NCBI GenBank assembly: GCA_046539225.1
Contig: JBKHHG010000008.1
Location: forward strand, 1 to 24,305
Reading direction: 5' to 3'
DNA: 24,305 nt
From: Candidatus Nanohaloarchaea archaeon
Lineage (GTDB): Archaea > Nanohalarchaeota > Nanosalinia > Nanosalinales > Nanosalinaceae
In this document: positions 7,627-16,194 of the stretch, one piece after another
Numbering within the stretch: position 1 is the stretch's first letter
Layout: every line of letters begins with the position of its first letter
Made by a program: the position numbers and the translations under genes
Notes under the pieces: model-generated
Databases searched by the model: none
What the model was told of the DNA's origin: nothing
What the model saw: the letters and a program-made list of their open reading frames with translations, nothing else

Positions 7627-8345
7627 TGTTCTAACTCAAGCTTCTCCTCAAATTCTTTTAAGGACCTGTTCTCCGTCGCAGATTTGACAAGCCTCCGCCT
7701 CTCCAGTATATCCTTCCTTCCAAGCAGATAATCGTTCAAGGCCTTGTTGTACTCCTGAGGCCTCTCAAAAAAGCTGAAGCTTCCGGCGTTCAGCAACGCG
7801 ATCTCCGAGTTAGGCCTCATCTCCTCCACCGCATCCATCCTGGAGAACCTGCAGTTCTGGTTGTAGATCATCAACGAGTTCTTCACCGGGACTCTCAGCG
7901 AACGGCCTATATAGCTTCTGTAGATCTCGAAACCGGGAAACTCAGCGGTGTGGAGAAACTCCTTCACAACCCTGTACTCCGAGCCCTCGGAGAAAAACAT
8001 TCTTTTCGCGATCTTGGGATGCTGCATTACTCTGTTGAAAAAACGGAAGGCCTTCTCCGATGTGAAAGGCGGGGAATCAAAAGGCCCGGTCACAACCGTG
8101 CTTACAACCGATTCATGCTCCTCAACCTCCTGAACTACATGGTTTCCAAGTTCTGCTCCTACAACAACAGCGTTCTCAGAGTTGTCCAGAAGATTCAGAA
8201 GTTCAGACCTGATCTCTCTGAATTCTCCGCCGCCAAGGCTTTCAACGTTGCTGCATCTTCCAAAGTATCTCTCCTGATGCTTCCAGACCTCCGGGTTCAA
8301 GGCCCCGGACACAAATACTATATCAATCTCCGGCAGACTACTCAT
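7623..8345 (-). CDS. Alpha/beta-hydrolase-fold protein, apparently lacking the catalytic triad
   Basis: DIVFVSGALNPEVWKHQ, VVVGAELG and LNAGSFSFFERPQEYNKALNDYL follow the alpha/beta-hydrolase motif order. ATG at 8345. ATGA overlap with the DUF429-like gene. Confidence 0.7.
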   Translation of the reverse strand: MSSLPEIDIVFVSGALNPEVWKHQERYFGRCSNVESLGGGEFREIRSELLNLLDNSENAVVVGAELGNHVVQEVEEHESVVSTVVTGPFDSPPFTSEKAFRFFNRVMQHPKIAKRMFFSEGSEYRVVKEFLHTAEFPGFEIYRSYIGRSLRVPVKNSLMIYNQNCRFSRMDAVEEMRPNSEIALLNAGSFSFFERPQEYNKALNDYLLGRKDILERRRLVKSATENRSLKEFEEKLELEQ

Positions 8346-8370
8346 CAATAACAAGAAACGGGTTGAAACC

Positions 8371-8376
8371 TTTTAT
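8371..8376. promoter_or_regulatory. TATA-like element in a divergent 54-bp spacer
   Basis: GAAACC-TTTTAT lies 29 nt upstream of ATG 8400 and about 26-31 nt from the minus-strand ATG at 8345. Confidence 0.5.
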
Positions 8377-8399
8377 CTGTTAAAACCGAGGCCTTACAC

Positions 8400-8729
8400 A
8401 TGAAGAACCTGCTATTGCTGACCGCGGGCATCCTGACAGGCCTCGCAGCCTACACAGTATACACCGAGTCATCCGTCCTTACAGCGTTCGCGGTCGTGTT
8501 TCTCGGTGCCTTAATCGCTCATTCCTTAAGGTCGCTTCCAAAGGCCTGGCAAAGTTTGAAGCTGCTCCAGCAGCCCTACATCGTGGCTTTTATCGCGTTA
8601 GGCCTCGGCTTCATCTACATCAGCATGGACGGCTTCTCATTTCTTCCATCGATATACTTTTCTTCAGGCACAGCACTAATTGGTTTTGCCGCGGGCATCT
8701 TTATCTACAGCATCTGGAACCTGCGTTAA
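8400..8729 (+). CDS. Small membrane protein (about 4 TM helices)
   Basis: 109 aa, almost entirely hydrophobic segments, with a TATA at -29. Confidence 0.75.
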   Translation: MKNLLLLTAGILTGLAAYTVYTESSVLTAFAVVFLGALIAHSLRSLPKAWQSLKLLQQPYIVAFIALGLGFIYISMDGFSFLPSIYFSSGTALIGFAAGIFIYSIWNLR

Positions 8730-8730
8730 C

Positions 8731-8737
8731 TTAAAAA
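8731..8737 (+). promoter_or_regulatory. TATA box for srp54
   Basis: TTAAAAA starts 27 nt before ATG 8758. Confidence 0.5.
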
Positions 8738-8757
8738 TAGGTGAGCAATGGTTCAAC

Positions 8758-10044
8758 ATGTTTGACAGGGTAAAAGACTCTATACAGAAATTTTCGTCTC
8801 GAGCCGCTGTAGATGAAGAAGCGGTGGAAGAGCTTGTAAAAGACATTCAACGCGACCTTATCGCCGCGGACGTCGACGTTGAACTTGTGTCCAGTTTAAG
8901 CGATGAGATAAGAGAGGAAGCCCTTGAAGGAGAAAAAAAGGGCCTGACACGGAAAGAACACGTACTTGAAACAGTCTACAACAGGATGGAGGAGCTGCTG
9001 GGAGAAAAACCCGATATAGAGATCAAGCCCCAGAAAATCCTGCTTTCAGGCCTTTACGGCGCGGGAAAGACCACGACAGCGGCGAAACTCTCGGATTATT
9101 ACAGGAAGCGAGGCCTGAAAACCGGTCTGATCGCCGCTGACACCGATAGGCCTGCGGCTTACGACCAGCTGAAGCAGATGGCGGAGAAGGCCGACAGCGA
9201 GTTCTATGGAGATCCTGAGGCAGAAGACCCTTCAAAAGTCGTGGAGAAAGGCCTTGAAGAGCTGGACGCGGAAGTAGTGATTGTGGACTCAGCGGGGAGG
9301 AACTCACTGGATTCAGAGCTTAAAGAAGAACTTTCAAGGATTGAAGAGGTTTTCAAGCCTGATGAGTCCTACCTTGTGATGCCCGCCGATATAGGCCAGT
9401 CAGCGAGAAAGCAGGCAGAAAACTTTGAAGAAGCGGTCGGTATCTCCGGCGTCGTGGTTTCAAAGATGGATTCCAGCGCGAAAGGAGGTGGAGCACTGAT
9501 CGCCTGCTCTACTTCGGGTGCACAGGTAAAGTTTATTGGTACAGGCGAACAGGTATCCGATATAGAGGTTTATGACCCTGTAAAGTATGTTTCAGAGATG
9601 CTAGGCCAGCCAAACCTTGAATCCCTGCTGGAGAAGGTTGAAGAGCTTGAAACCGATCCAGAGCAGATGCTTGAAGGCGAATTCACTCTGGAGGAGTTCC
9701 GCGAACAGATAGAATCCGTCAGTGAGGCCGGAATGATGGAGGAAATGATGAAACAGCTGCCTTTCGGCGGAAAAATGCCGGATAACATCTCGCAGCTTAC
9801 AGAGGAGAAGACAGAGGCCTACAAGTATATTATAGACTCGATGACGGATGAAGAAGTCCAGAATCCTTCAAAGATCAACAAATCTCGGACCGAGAGGATC
9901 GCGGAGGGATCAGGAACCTCTACTTCAGAAGTCCGGGAGCTTATCAAACATTACCGGCAGACAAAGAACATGATGGACAAGATGGATAAAGGCTCGATGA
10001 AACGCGGCAACATGCAGAGCATGATGCAGAACTTAGGCCTCTGA
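8758..10044 (+). CDS. srp54: Signal recognition particle protein SRP54/Ffh
   Basis: LIAADV, GLYGAGKTTT, DTDRPAAYDQL, DSAGR, SKMD and GTGE motifs, plus a Met-rich M domain (IIDSMT, SRTERIAEGSG). Start at ATG 8758 (MFDRVK) rather than 8680. Confidence 0.96.
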   Translation: MFDRVKDSIQKFSSRAAVDEEAVEELVKDIQRDLIAADVDVELVSSLSDEIREEALEGEKKGLTRKEHVLETVYNRMEELLGEKPDIEIKPQKILLSGLYGAGKTTTAAKLSDYYRKRGLKTGLIAADTDRPAAYDQLKQMAEKADSEFYGDPEAEDPSKVVEKGLEELDAEVVIVDSAGRNSLDSELKEELSRIEEVFKPDESYLVMPADIGQSARKQAENFEEAVGISGVVVSKMDSSAKGGGALIACSTSGAQVKFIGTGEQVSDIEVYDPVKYVSEMLGQPNLESLLEKVEELETDPEQMLEGEFTLEEFREQIESVSEAGMMEEMMKQLPFGGKMPDNISQLTEEKTEAYKYIIDSMTDEEVQNPSKINKSRTERIAEGSGTSTSEVRELIKHYRQTKNMMDKMDKGSMKRGNMQSMMQNLGL

Positions 10045-10338
10045 GTTCATTTTAACCTCTTTCTCTACTTCTTCCTTGATCTCCTGTATATCCTCGGGAC
10101 TGTAAAAACTTTCAAGGCCTAACTGCCTTTCCAGGTCTTTCTCCATCTCCCTGTACTCTCTGTCAACTTCTTCGTCGACCATGCACAGCCTTGAATGCAC
10201 TACACCTGTAGAAACCTGAAGGGTCTCGATAAAGCTGTACCACTTCGTCGGTAGATGAACGTCAAGCCTTGAGAATAGGCCTGTAATTCCGATCATTGCA
10301 AGCAGCAGCTTCCTGTACGCAAATTGTTTGGCACGCAT
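10033..10338 (-). CDS. Hypothetical protein (hydrophobic N-terminus, acidic C-terminal helix)
   Basis: 101-aa ORF filling the gap between srp54 and the phosphodiesterase. The acidic C-terminal half looks genuinely coding; the start is uncertain. Confidence 0.55.
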   Translation of the reverse strand: MRAKQFAYRKLLLAMIGITGLFSRLDVHLPTKWYSFIETLQVSTGVVHSRLCMVDEEVDREYREMEKDLERQLGLESFYSPEDIQEIKEEVEKEVKMNSEA

Positions 10339-10402
10339 CTCTGGTTGAAACTTTTTGGTTTACCCCGGCTGCCCCCGCATAAAATTTACGGGGATAACGG
10401 AC

Positions 10403-10409
10403 TTATAAA
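10403..10409 (+). promoter_or_regulatory. TATA box for the phosphodiesterase/PH-domain unit
   Basis: TTATAAA starts 27 nt before ATG 10430. Confidence 0.6.
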
Positions 10410-10429
10410 TTAAACTTTCCTTTCCTGGT

Positions 10430-10999
10430 ATGATCGCGATTCTATCGGATTCACATATCCCTGGAAGGGCCGAAAAAATACCTGAAAAGTTCTGGGAGAA
10501 AGTGGAGGAAGCCGACGTAACGGTGCACGCCGGCGACTACGCCAGGAAAGAAACCTTTAACGCGGTCGAAGAGTACTCGAAAGAGTTCTACGGCGTAAAA
10601 GGAAACTGCGACTTCTTTGAGACTGATGAACTGGAAAACTCGCAGAGATTCGAGAGAAAAGGCCTCAGCTTCGGCGTCTACCATGGAACAGGTGTAACCC
10701 CGAGAGGCCATACACCGACGCTTCAAAAAATCGCGTCAGAAGACCTGGAAGTAGAGGTATTGATCCACGGCCACACCCATAGACAGCAGATAGTACTCGG
10801 GGAGAAGGCCTTGCTCCTGAATCCTGGAAGCTGTACAGGCGCCGGAGGCGGTGCCTCGAGAGAGTCAGCTCCCACAATGATGACAGTAGACCTTGGGGAG
10901 AAACTTGAGGCCTCTATCCTGAAAATTGAAGGCGGAGAGTTGAAACTGGAGGAATCGAAAAGTTTTGAACTGAAAGAAATTAAAAAAGACTCTGTATAA
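10430..10999 (+). CDS. YfcE/MJ0936/Vps29-family metallophosphoesterase
   Basis: Calcineurin-like motifs LSDSH, HAGD, VKGNCD, YHG, HGHTH and LNPGS. Confidence 0.92.
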   Translation: MIAILSDSHIPGRAEKIPEKFWEKVEEADVTVHAGDYARKETFNAVEEYSKEFYGVKGNCDFFETDELENSQRFERKGLSFGVYHGTGVTPRGHTPTLQKIASEDLEVEVLIHGHTHRQQIVLGEKALLLNPGSCTGAGGGASRESAPTMMTVDLGEKLEASILKIEGGELKLEESKSFELKEIKKDSV

Positions 11000-11008
11000 C
11001 TTCACTGC

Positions 11009-11470
11009 ATGGAAAGACTTGATGCAAGAATCCGGAACGTCTGGATCACGGTTTCAATACTTACAGGCCTCGTAATCGGATCAGTGCTTGGAGGATTATC
11101 GTATTTAGGCCTTGAATCTCCTATTTTAACGGCGTTCCTGGTTTCTGTCTTTCCAGTAGCTTTCTCGGTTTACTCGTTTTACAGGTACAGGAACTGGTTT
11201 TTCGAGGTTCATCCTGACTATCTCGAAATCAACCACGGCGTACTGAGAAAAACCTCTGCAGTAATACCGTATGTCAGGGTTCAGCATATCGACACCAACA
11301 GAGGGCCTCTGGAAAGAATCTTAGGCCTTGCATCCCTCAGAGTTTACACCGCAGGATCCAAAGGCGCGGATATGAAGATTCCAGGCCTCGAACGGGGAAG
11401 GGCGGAGCAGATGCAGGAAGATCTGAAGCAGAAAGCCATCGAGTCAGAACACGGGTTTGACGGAGTATGA
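11009..11470 (+). CDS. YdbS-like membrane protein with bacterial PH (bPH_2) domain
   Basis: Two TM helices followed by IPYVRVQHIDTNRGPLERILGLASLRVYTAG. Confidence 0.9.
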   Translation: MERLDARIRNVWITVSILTGLVIGSVLGGLSYLGLESPILTAFLVSVFPVAFSVYSFYRYRNWFFEVHPDYLEINHGVLRKTSAVIPYVRVQHIDTNRGPLERILGLASLRVYTAGSKGADMKIPGLERGRAEQMQEDLKQKAIESEHGFDGV

Positions 11471-12861
11471 AGCTTTCAAAGAAGGGAATGTATTACAGAA
11501 CCGTTGCACACGCAGGTGCAGGAGTCTTTGCGCTTGCAGTCGTTTTCCCTCCAGCCATCGTTCTAGTTCCGTTCATTCTCCTGGCGACCGGAATCTATGA
11601 ATATTTTTACTGGAAGAAGTTCGAGTTCTTCTTCGAGGACAACGACCTGAAGATCAGATCTGGCGTCATAACGAGAAACGAGCTTGACATCCCTGTGAGA
11701 AGGATTCAGGACATCGACATCCAGAAAAACATAATCCACAGAGCCCTGGGAATCACAAAGGTTAACGTGAAGACCGCTGGCGGCGACACGTCGAAAGCCG
11801 CGTTGAAATATCTTGATGAGGGCCAGGCTGAACAGGTTAGAGAAGAGCTTCGCCGGCTCAAAAACCGGCATAAAGAAAGAGAGAAAACCGGTGAAAGAAC
11901 AGATGGGGAAACCTTCTACGATATTAAAGACGCCTTAATGACTTACAGCCTGGTCAGCGGAGTCCAGGGAGTAGCCGCTGTAGGCCTTCTCCTTTCCATC
12001 GCGGGTATAGGCCTTTCAAGCTACGCCGCAACCTCAACTATTGAAATGGCGGGTTTCAGCGTCGCGGCTCTGTTACTGGCTGCTTCTGCATCGGTTTTCG
12101 TGCTTTTAAGCAGCGCCGCAAGCACTTACTCCCGTTACTACGATTTCAGGGTGGAGAAAAAAGGCGACACGTTTGAATATGAGAGAGGCCTGTTCAACAA
12201 GCAGGGTGGGAGCATCCCCGAGGAAAAGATCCAGAAACTTGAGATCTCGGAGAACTTCCTGATGCGCTGGTTCGGCTACGCAACGTTGAAAGCAGAGACC
12301 GCCGGCTACACCTCAAGCCAGGACCAGGGCACGACAAGCACCCAGGTTCTCATTCCTCTTGACACCAGGGAACAGGTCTACAAACATGCTGAAAAACTCG
12401 GGGAAATCAGCGATCAAAAAATTCAGAACATCACTCATGAATCAAGGAGACGATACTTCAGGAGATACACAGGCATCTCAACTATAGGGCTTGTAACTGT
12501 CTCAGTGCTTGTATATCTGGGATTCAATCCAGGCCTTCTCTTCTTGCCGGTCATCGGTTTCCTCGCATCGAAAAAGGCTTCAGGCCTGAAATGGGCGAAC
12601 ATTGGTTACTCTCTTGGAGAGAGAAACCTGATGGTTATGAAAGGGTTCTGGAACCGGAGAACCTATATAGTGCCGTACTTCAGGTCGCAGAACCTCATGG
12701 TTTCAGAGTCGGTGTTCCAGAGAAGATGGGGTCTTGCCTCCTTGACCGTTGACACCGCCGGCGACAAAGTGATCAATCCTCAGATCGTCGACCTTGACAG
12801 AGACCGGGCATTCCAGATCCGGGAGGAAATCTACCAGAAGTTTAAAGACTCGATCTACTGA
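11467..12861 (+). CDS. YdbT-like membrane protein with three bPH_2 domains
   Basis: Three repeats of IPxxRIQ...R.LG...V.TAG (IPVRRIQD, IPEEKIQK, VPYFRSQN), separated by TM pairs. ATGA overlap with the YdbS-like gene. Confidence 0.9.
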   Translation: MKLSKKGMYYRTVAHAGAGVFALAVVFPPAIVLVPFILLATGIYEYFYWKKFEFFFEDNDLKIRSGVITRNELDIPVRRIQDIDIQKNIIHRALGITKVNVKTAGGDTSKAALKYLDEGQAEQVREELRRLKNRHKEREKTGERTDGETFYDIKDALMTYSLVSGVQGVAAVGLLLSIAGIGLSSYAATSTIEMAGFSVAALLLAASASVFVLLSSAASTYSRYYDFRVEKKGDTFEYERGLFNKQGGSIPEEKIQKLEISENFLMRWFGYATLKAETAGYTSSQDQGTTSTQVLIPLDTREQVYKHAEKLGEISDQKIQNITHESRRRYFRRYTGISTIGLVTVSVLVYLGFNPGLLFLPVIGFLASKKASGLKWANIGYSLGERNLMVMKGFWNRRTYIVPYFRSQNLMVSESVFQRRWGLASLTVDTAGDKVINPQIVDLDRDRAFQIREEIYQKFKDSIY

Positions 12862-12876
12862 ACCCCAGATTCTCTA

Positions 12877-12884
12877 TTTAAAAA
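12877..12884 (+). promoter_or_regulatory. TATA box for pus10
   Basis: TTTAAAAA starts 30 nt before ATG 12907. Confidence 0.55.
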
Positions 12885-12906
12885 ACTCTTTCTCTATTTC
12901 AACGGT

Positions 12907-14121
12907 ATGAAGATAGGTGAAAAGGCCTCGCAACTTTTACAGCTTGATCTATGCGATCACTGCCTGGGAAGACAGTTTGCACAGCTTGGTCACGGACTCG
13001 AAAACCATCAGAGAGGAAAGATCGTCAGAAAACACGGAGAAAAACTTAAGGAAAAACATTTCGAGGAGAGGCCTGAATCCTCTATCGGAGGAAGCTGCGA
13101 CTACTGCCAGGGAATATTCGACCGGCTCGACGAGTACGTGGAAATGGTTATGGACTCGATGGAGAGATACGAGCTTGAAACGTTTTTAGTGGGGATCAGG
13201 CCTCCGGAAACAGTTCTCAAGAAAGAAGAGGATCTCTGGGAGGAACACGGCCTTGAGTACACCGAACCTATCAAGACCGAGCTTTCCAGACTGATTGGAA
13301 AACAGGTAGAGGAAGAGATGGATGTAGAGGTAGACTTTGAAAGGCCTGACATCATGACGGTCCTGGACATGAGAGAGGGAAAGAACAGGGTTGAACTTCA
13401 GGTCAACTCCCTGCTTTTCTACGGTGAATACAACAAGTACACACGTAAACTTCCGCAGACAGAGTGGCCCTGCAGCGAATGCGGAGGCTCAGGATGCGAC
13501 GAATGCAACTGGACCGGCCAACAGTTCGAGGGATCGATCCAGGAGATAATCCAGAAACCGTTTATTGAGGCGACGGGAGCGATCGACGCAAAGTTCCACG
13601 GCGCAGGAAGAGAAGATATAGACGTGGAATGCCGCGGGAGGAGGCCTTTCGTCATCGAGCTCCGGGAACCTCTTGAAAGAACCGTGGATCTTGAAAAAAT
13701 CCAGGAAAAGATCAACGAGGATGAAAGAGTCGAGGTCTTCAACCTTGAAGAAACTCATCACAACAGGCCTGAAGAAGTCAAAGACCTGGACGCGGACAAA
13801 ACCTACCGTGCATGGATACAACTTGAAGATCTGGACTCCGCGGAACTTGAAAAACTCGAGGATCTTGAGGGAACAGTGGTTCAGAGAACTCCTTCCCGGG
13901 TAGAACACCGGAGAGCCGACAAGCACCGAGAGCGAAAGGTGAAAAAAGTTGACTGGAAAACCGAGGAAGGCCTTGTAGTTCTCGATGTGAAGGCGGAGGC
14001 GGGCACGTACATCAAAGAGTTGATCCACGGGGATGACGGCCGTTCGGATCCGAGCGTCGCAGGCCTCCTCGGTCAGGATGCGGAATGCGTGAAGCTGGAT
14101 GTTATCGAGATCGACAGCTGA
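12907..14121 (+). CDS. pus10: tRNA pseudouridine(54/55) synthase Pus10
   Basis: CDHCLGR and CDYC Zn ligands, YNKYTRKLPQTEW, catalytic HGAGREDIDV, QRTPSRV and AGTYIKELIHGD. Confidence 0.96.
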   Translation: MKIGEKASQLLQLDLCDHCLGRQFAQLGHGLENHQRGKIVRKHGEKLKEKHFEERPESSIGGSCDYCQGIFDRLDEYVEMVMDSMERYELETFLVGIRPPETVLKKEEDLWEEHGLEYTEPIKTELSRLIGKQVEEEMDVEVDFERPDIMTVLDMREGKNRVELQVNSLLFYGEYNKYTRKLPQTEWPCSECGGSGCDECNWTGQQFEGSIQEIIQKPFIEATGAIDAKFHGAGREDIDVECRGRRPFVIELREPLERTVDLEKIQEKINEDERVEVFNLEETHHNRPEEVKDLDADKTYRAWIQLEDLDSAELEKLEDLEGTVVQRTPSRVEHRRADKHRERKVKKVDWKTEEGLVVLDVKAEAGTYIKELIHGDDGRSDPSVAGLLGQDAECVKLDVIEIDS

Positions 14122-14130
14122 GGTTCTGTA

Positions 14131-14169
14131 TTTAAAAGATTTGCATCCGTCAATGAGTTTATAAGGTGA
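14131..14169 (+). promoter_or_regulatory. TATA (14131-14137) and Shine-Dalgarno-like AGGTGA (14164-14169) for rpl21e
   Basis: TTTAAAA lies 50 nt upstream and AGGTGA 12-17 nt upstream of ATG 14181. A second TATA-like TTTATAA at 14158 is an alternative. Confidence 0.45.
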
Positions 14170-14180
14170 ATTTTTGAAAA

Positions 14181-14471
14181 ATGGCAGAGAAATCACGTGG
14201 ATCGCAGCACGGAGCGAGGAACAAGCTTTCCTCGGACGCAGGCGACAAAGTTACTGTAAACGAACAGATAAAAGATTTTGAAGAAGGAGAAAAGGCAAGG
14301 ATAGAGATTAACGCCTCAGTCACCGATGGAAGGCCTCACACACGTTTCCACGGCAGAACTGTTGAAGTCGTTGGAAAACAGGGAGAGGCCTTCAAGGTCG
14401 AGTTCAGGGACGGCGGAGTATCAAAAAACCTGTTTATCAAACCTGTTCATCTCCAGAAGGTTGAGGGATAA
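14181..14471 (+). CDS. rpl21e: 50S ribosomal protein L21e (eL21)
   Basis: FEEGEKARIEINASVTDGRPHTRFHGRT and KPVHL; conserved pus10-rpl21e-rpo4 order. Confidence 0.96.
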   Translation: MAEKSRGSQHGARNKLSSDAGDKVTVNEQIKDFEEGEKARIEINASVTDGRPHTRFHGRTVEVVGKQGEAFKVEFRDGGVSKNLFIKPVHLQKVEG

Positions 14472-14474
14472 ATT

Positions 14475-14810
14475 ATGGAAGTAAAAGATGAGGAGTACGT
14501 CTACCCGGTTGAAGCCCTTCAGGTCTTGCAGGAACGGGACGAGGAAGAGCTCTCCCACGAGCAGAAGATCGCACTGGAGAATCTTTCGCGTCACACCAAG
14601 ATCCAGGATCTTGAGACTCTTCAGGAGCTTTACTCCGAGTTTGAGGAAGCTGTCGACGATCTGAAGCCGAAGCATATCTACAAGCTGCTTGAGGTCGTGC
14701 CTGAAAACGAGTCCACGGTCAGAGCTATTTTCTCGAAGGAAAGGGTAAAGCTTGATGACTCCGATGTCGAGGAGATCTTGACTATTTCGGAGTCGATTGA
14801 AACCGAGTAA
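14475..14810 (+). CDS. rpo4: RNA polymerase subunit Rpo4 (RpoF)
   Basis: ELSHEQKIALE and KLLEVVPENESTVRAIF; conserved position between rpl21e and DUF655. Confidence 0.9.
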   Translation: MEVKDEEYVYPVEALQVLQERDEEELSHEQKIALENLSRHTKIQDLETLQELYSEFEEAVDDLKPKHIYKLLEVVPENESTVRAIFSKERVKLDDSDVEEILTISESIETE

Positions 14811-14856
14811 CTTTTAACCTTTCGAAAATGTTTATTTTACAGAAGCAGGTGTAAAT

Positions 14857-15393
14857 ATGGGAAAAGATGAATACCTTAAGGTACTGGATTTTTTGGAGCA
14901 CGGGAAGAGCAATGAGAGAGAGGAGCGAGTAGCCCAGGGAATCGGTAAAGAGTACTATACCCTGCTTGAGGTCGTGATGCGTGAAGATGTAAGGCCTAAA
15001 GGCGGAGAAGAGATCTATATAGGTGATGGAGACCGTGAAGACGTCGAGTTCATAAAGGCAAGGATCGGGTTTGACGAACTTACAGGAAACGCCAAGAACG
15101 AGCTGAAGTACGTGCTTGACGCCATGATCTCCGAAAACGAGGAAGAGTTCGTGGAGTTCTTCAACAACGCAACACCTGTTACACCGAGGAGGCATGCTTT
15201 TGAGCTGCTTCCGGGAATCGGCTCCAAACATATGCAGAAGCTTCTTGATGAACGGGAGAAAGAAGAGTTCGAATCCTTCAAGGATATAGATGACAGGGTT
15301 CCCTCACTTCCGGACCCCAAGGAAACAATCAGGAAAAGAATTATACAGGAACTTAAAGGCGAGGACGTCCGCACCCGTTTATTCACACAATGA
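14857..15393 (+). CDS. DUF655 putative RNA-binding protein
   Basis: VLDFL, AQGIGKEYYTLLE and FVEFFN...RRHAFELLPGIG (HhH); conserved synteny. Confidence 0.92.
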   Translation: MGKDEYLKVLDFLEHGKSNEREERVAQGIGKEYYTLLEVVMREDVRPKGGEEIYIGDGDREDVEFIKARIGFDELTGNAKNELKYVLDAMISENEEEFVEFFNNATPVTPRRHAFELLPGIGSKHMQKLLDEREKEEFESFKDIDDRVPSLPDPKETIRKRIIQELKGEDVRTRLFTQ

Positions 15394-16172
15394 TAGAGAA
15401 AGAACTGAGGCGGTTAGGCCTTGACCCGGGAAAAGGCCAGAACTTTCTAACACATCAACCAACTATAGAAGCCCTTGCAGAAGCAGGAGAGATAGAAGGA
15501 TCGGTTCTTGAAATCGGCGGAGGCCTCGGATCTATTACCTCACACCTCCTCGAAAAAACCTCTGACCTCACAGTAATCGAAAACGAGGCCTTGCTTGCCG
15601 ACCACTTGAGGGAGAAGTTTCCGGAAGCAGATGTTGTAGAAGGCGATGTTCTCCAGCAGGATCTCTCAGGTTTCGACCGGTGCGTCTCCAATATTCCTTT
15701 CCAGTTGAGCTCGGAGATAATCGTAAAACTTGGGGAAAACCAGGTCCAGTCAGCATTGATCGTTCAGGAAGCGTTGGCGGACAAGATTGTTGCGGATCCG
15801 GGCGAAAAGAAACACGGCTTTTTCACGGTCAAGGCCCAGTACTATTTTCTCCCGGTGAAGCTGAGGCCTGTCGACTCCTCAATGTTCTATCCTGAGCCCG
15901 AGGTCGACGCCGCGATAATCAAGCTTTACCCCGGGAAACATAGGCACGAAATCGAAGACGAGGAAGAGTTTTTCTCGGTTGTGAAGGCCTTGCACACCCA
16001 CGGCAAGAAAAAACTGAGGAACGCGTTTGTCGACGCTAGAAACATGCTTGGAACCGATAAAGACGAGGCGAAGGCCTTGAGAGATGATCTGCCGCACCGA
16101 GATAAAAGGGTTCGAGAGCTTGGAATACAGGAACTGAAACAGGTTTTCGAGTTTTACCAGGAAAATATTTAA
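15390..16172 (+). CDS. rsmA: 16S rRNA adenine dimethyltransferase RsmA/KsgA
   Basis: GQNFL, VLEIGGGLGSIT, VSNIPFQLSS and FYPEPEVDAA. Confidence 0.95.
   Translation: MIEKELRRLGLDPGKGQNFLTHQPTIEALAEAGEIEGSVLEIGGGLGSITSHLLEKTSDLTVIENEALLADHLREKFPEADVVEGDVLQQDLSGFDRCVSNIPFQLSSEIIVKLGENQVQSALIVQEALADKIVADPGEKKHGFFTVKAQYYFLPVKLRPVDSSMFYPEPEVDAAIIKLYPGKHRHEIEDEEEFFSVVKALHTHGKKKLRNAFVDARNMLGTDKDEAKALRDDLPHRDKRVRELGIQELKQVFEFYQENI
16166..16172 (+). promoter_or_regulatory. TATA-like box for pyrG overlapping the rsmA stop
   Basis: GAAAA-TATTTAA starts 29 nt before ATG 16195. Confidence 0.5.
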
Positions 16173-16194
16173 CCCTTAACCGTTCAACTGTTTT

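Noticed and set aside
8680..8757. N-terminal extension of SRP54 in the ORF track
   Set aside because: It overlaps the upstream membrane gene and the TATA box; SRP54 similarity begins at ATG 8758.
10339..10429. Possible SRP RNA, tRNA or replication origin (ORB) in the spacer near srp54
   Set aside because: It is only about 90 bp, with no cloverleaf, no SRP helix 8 motif, no repeated ORB elements and no cdc6/orc1 gene nearby.
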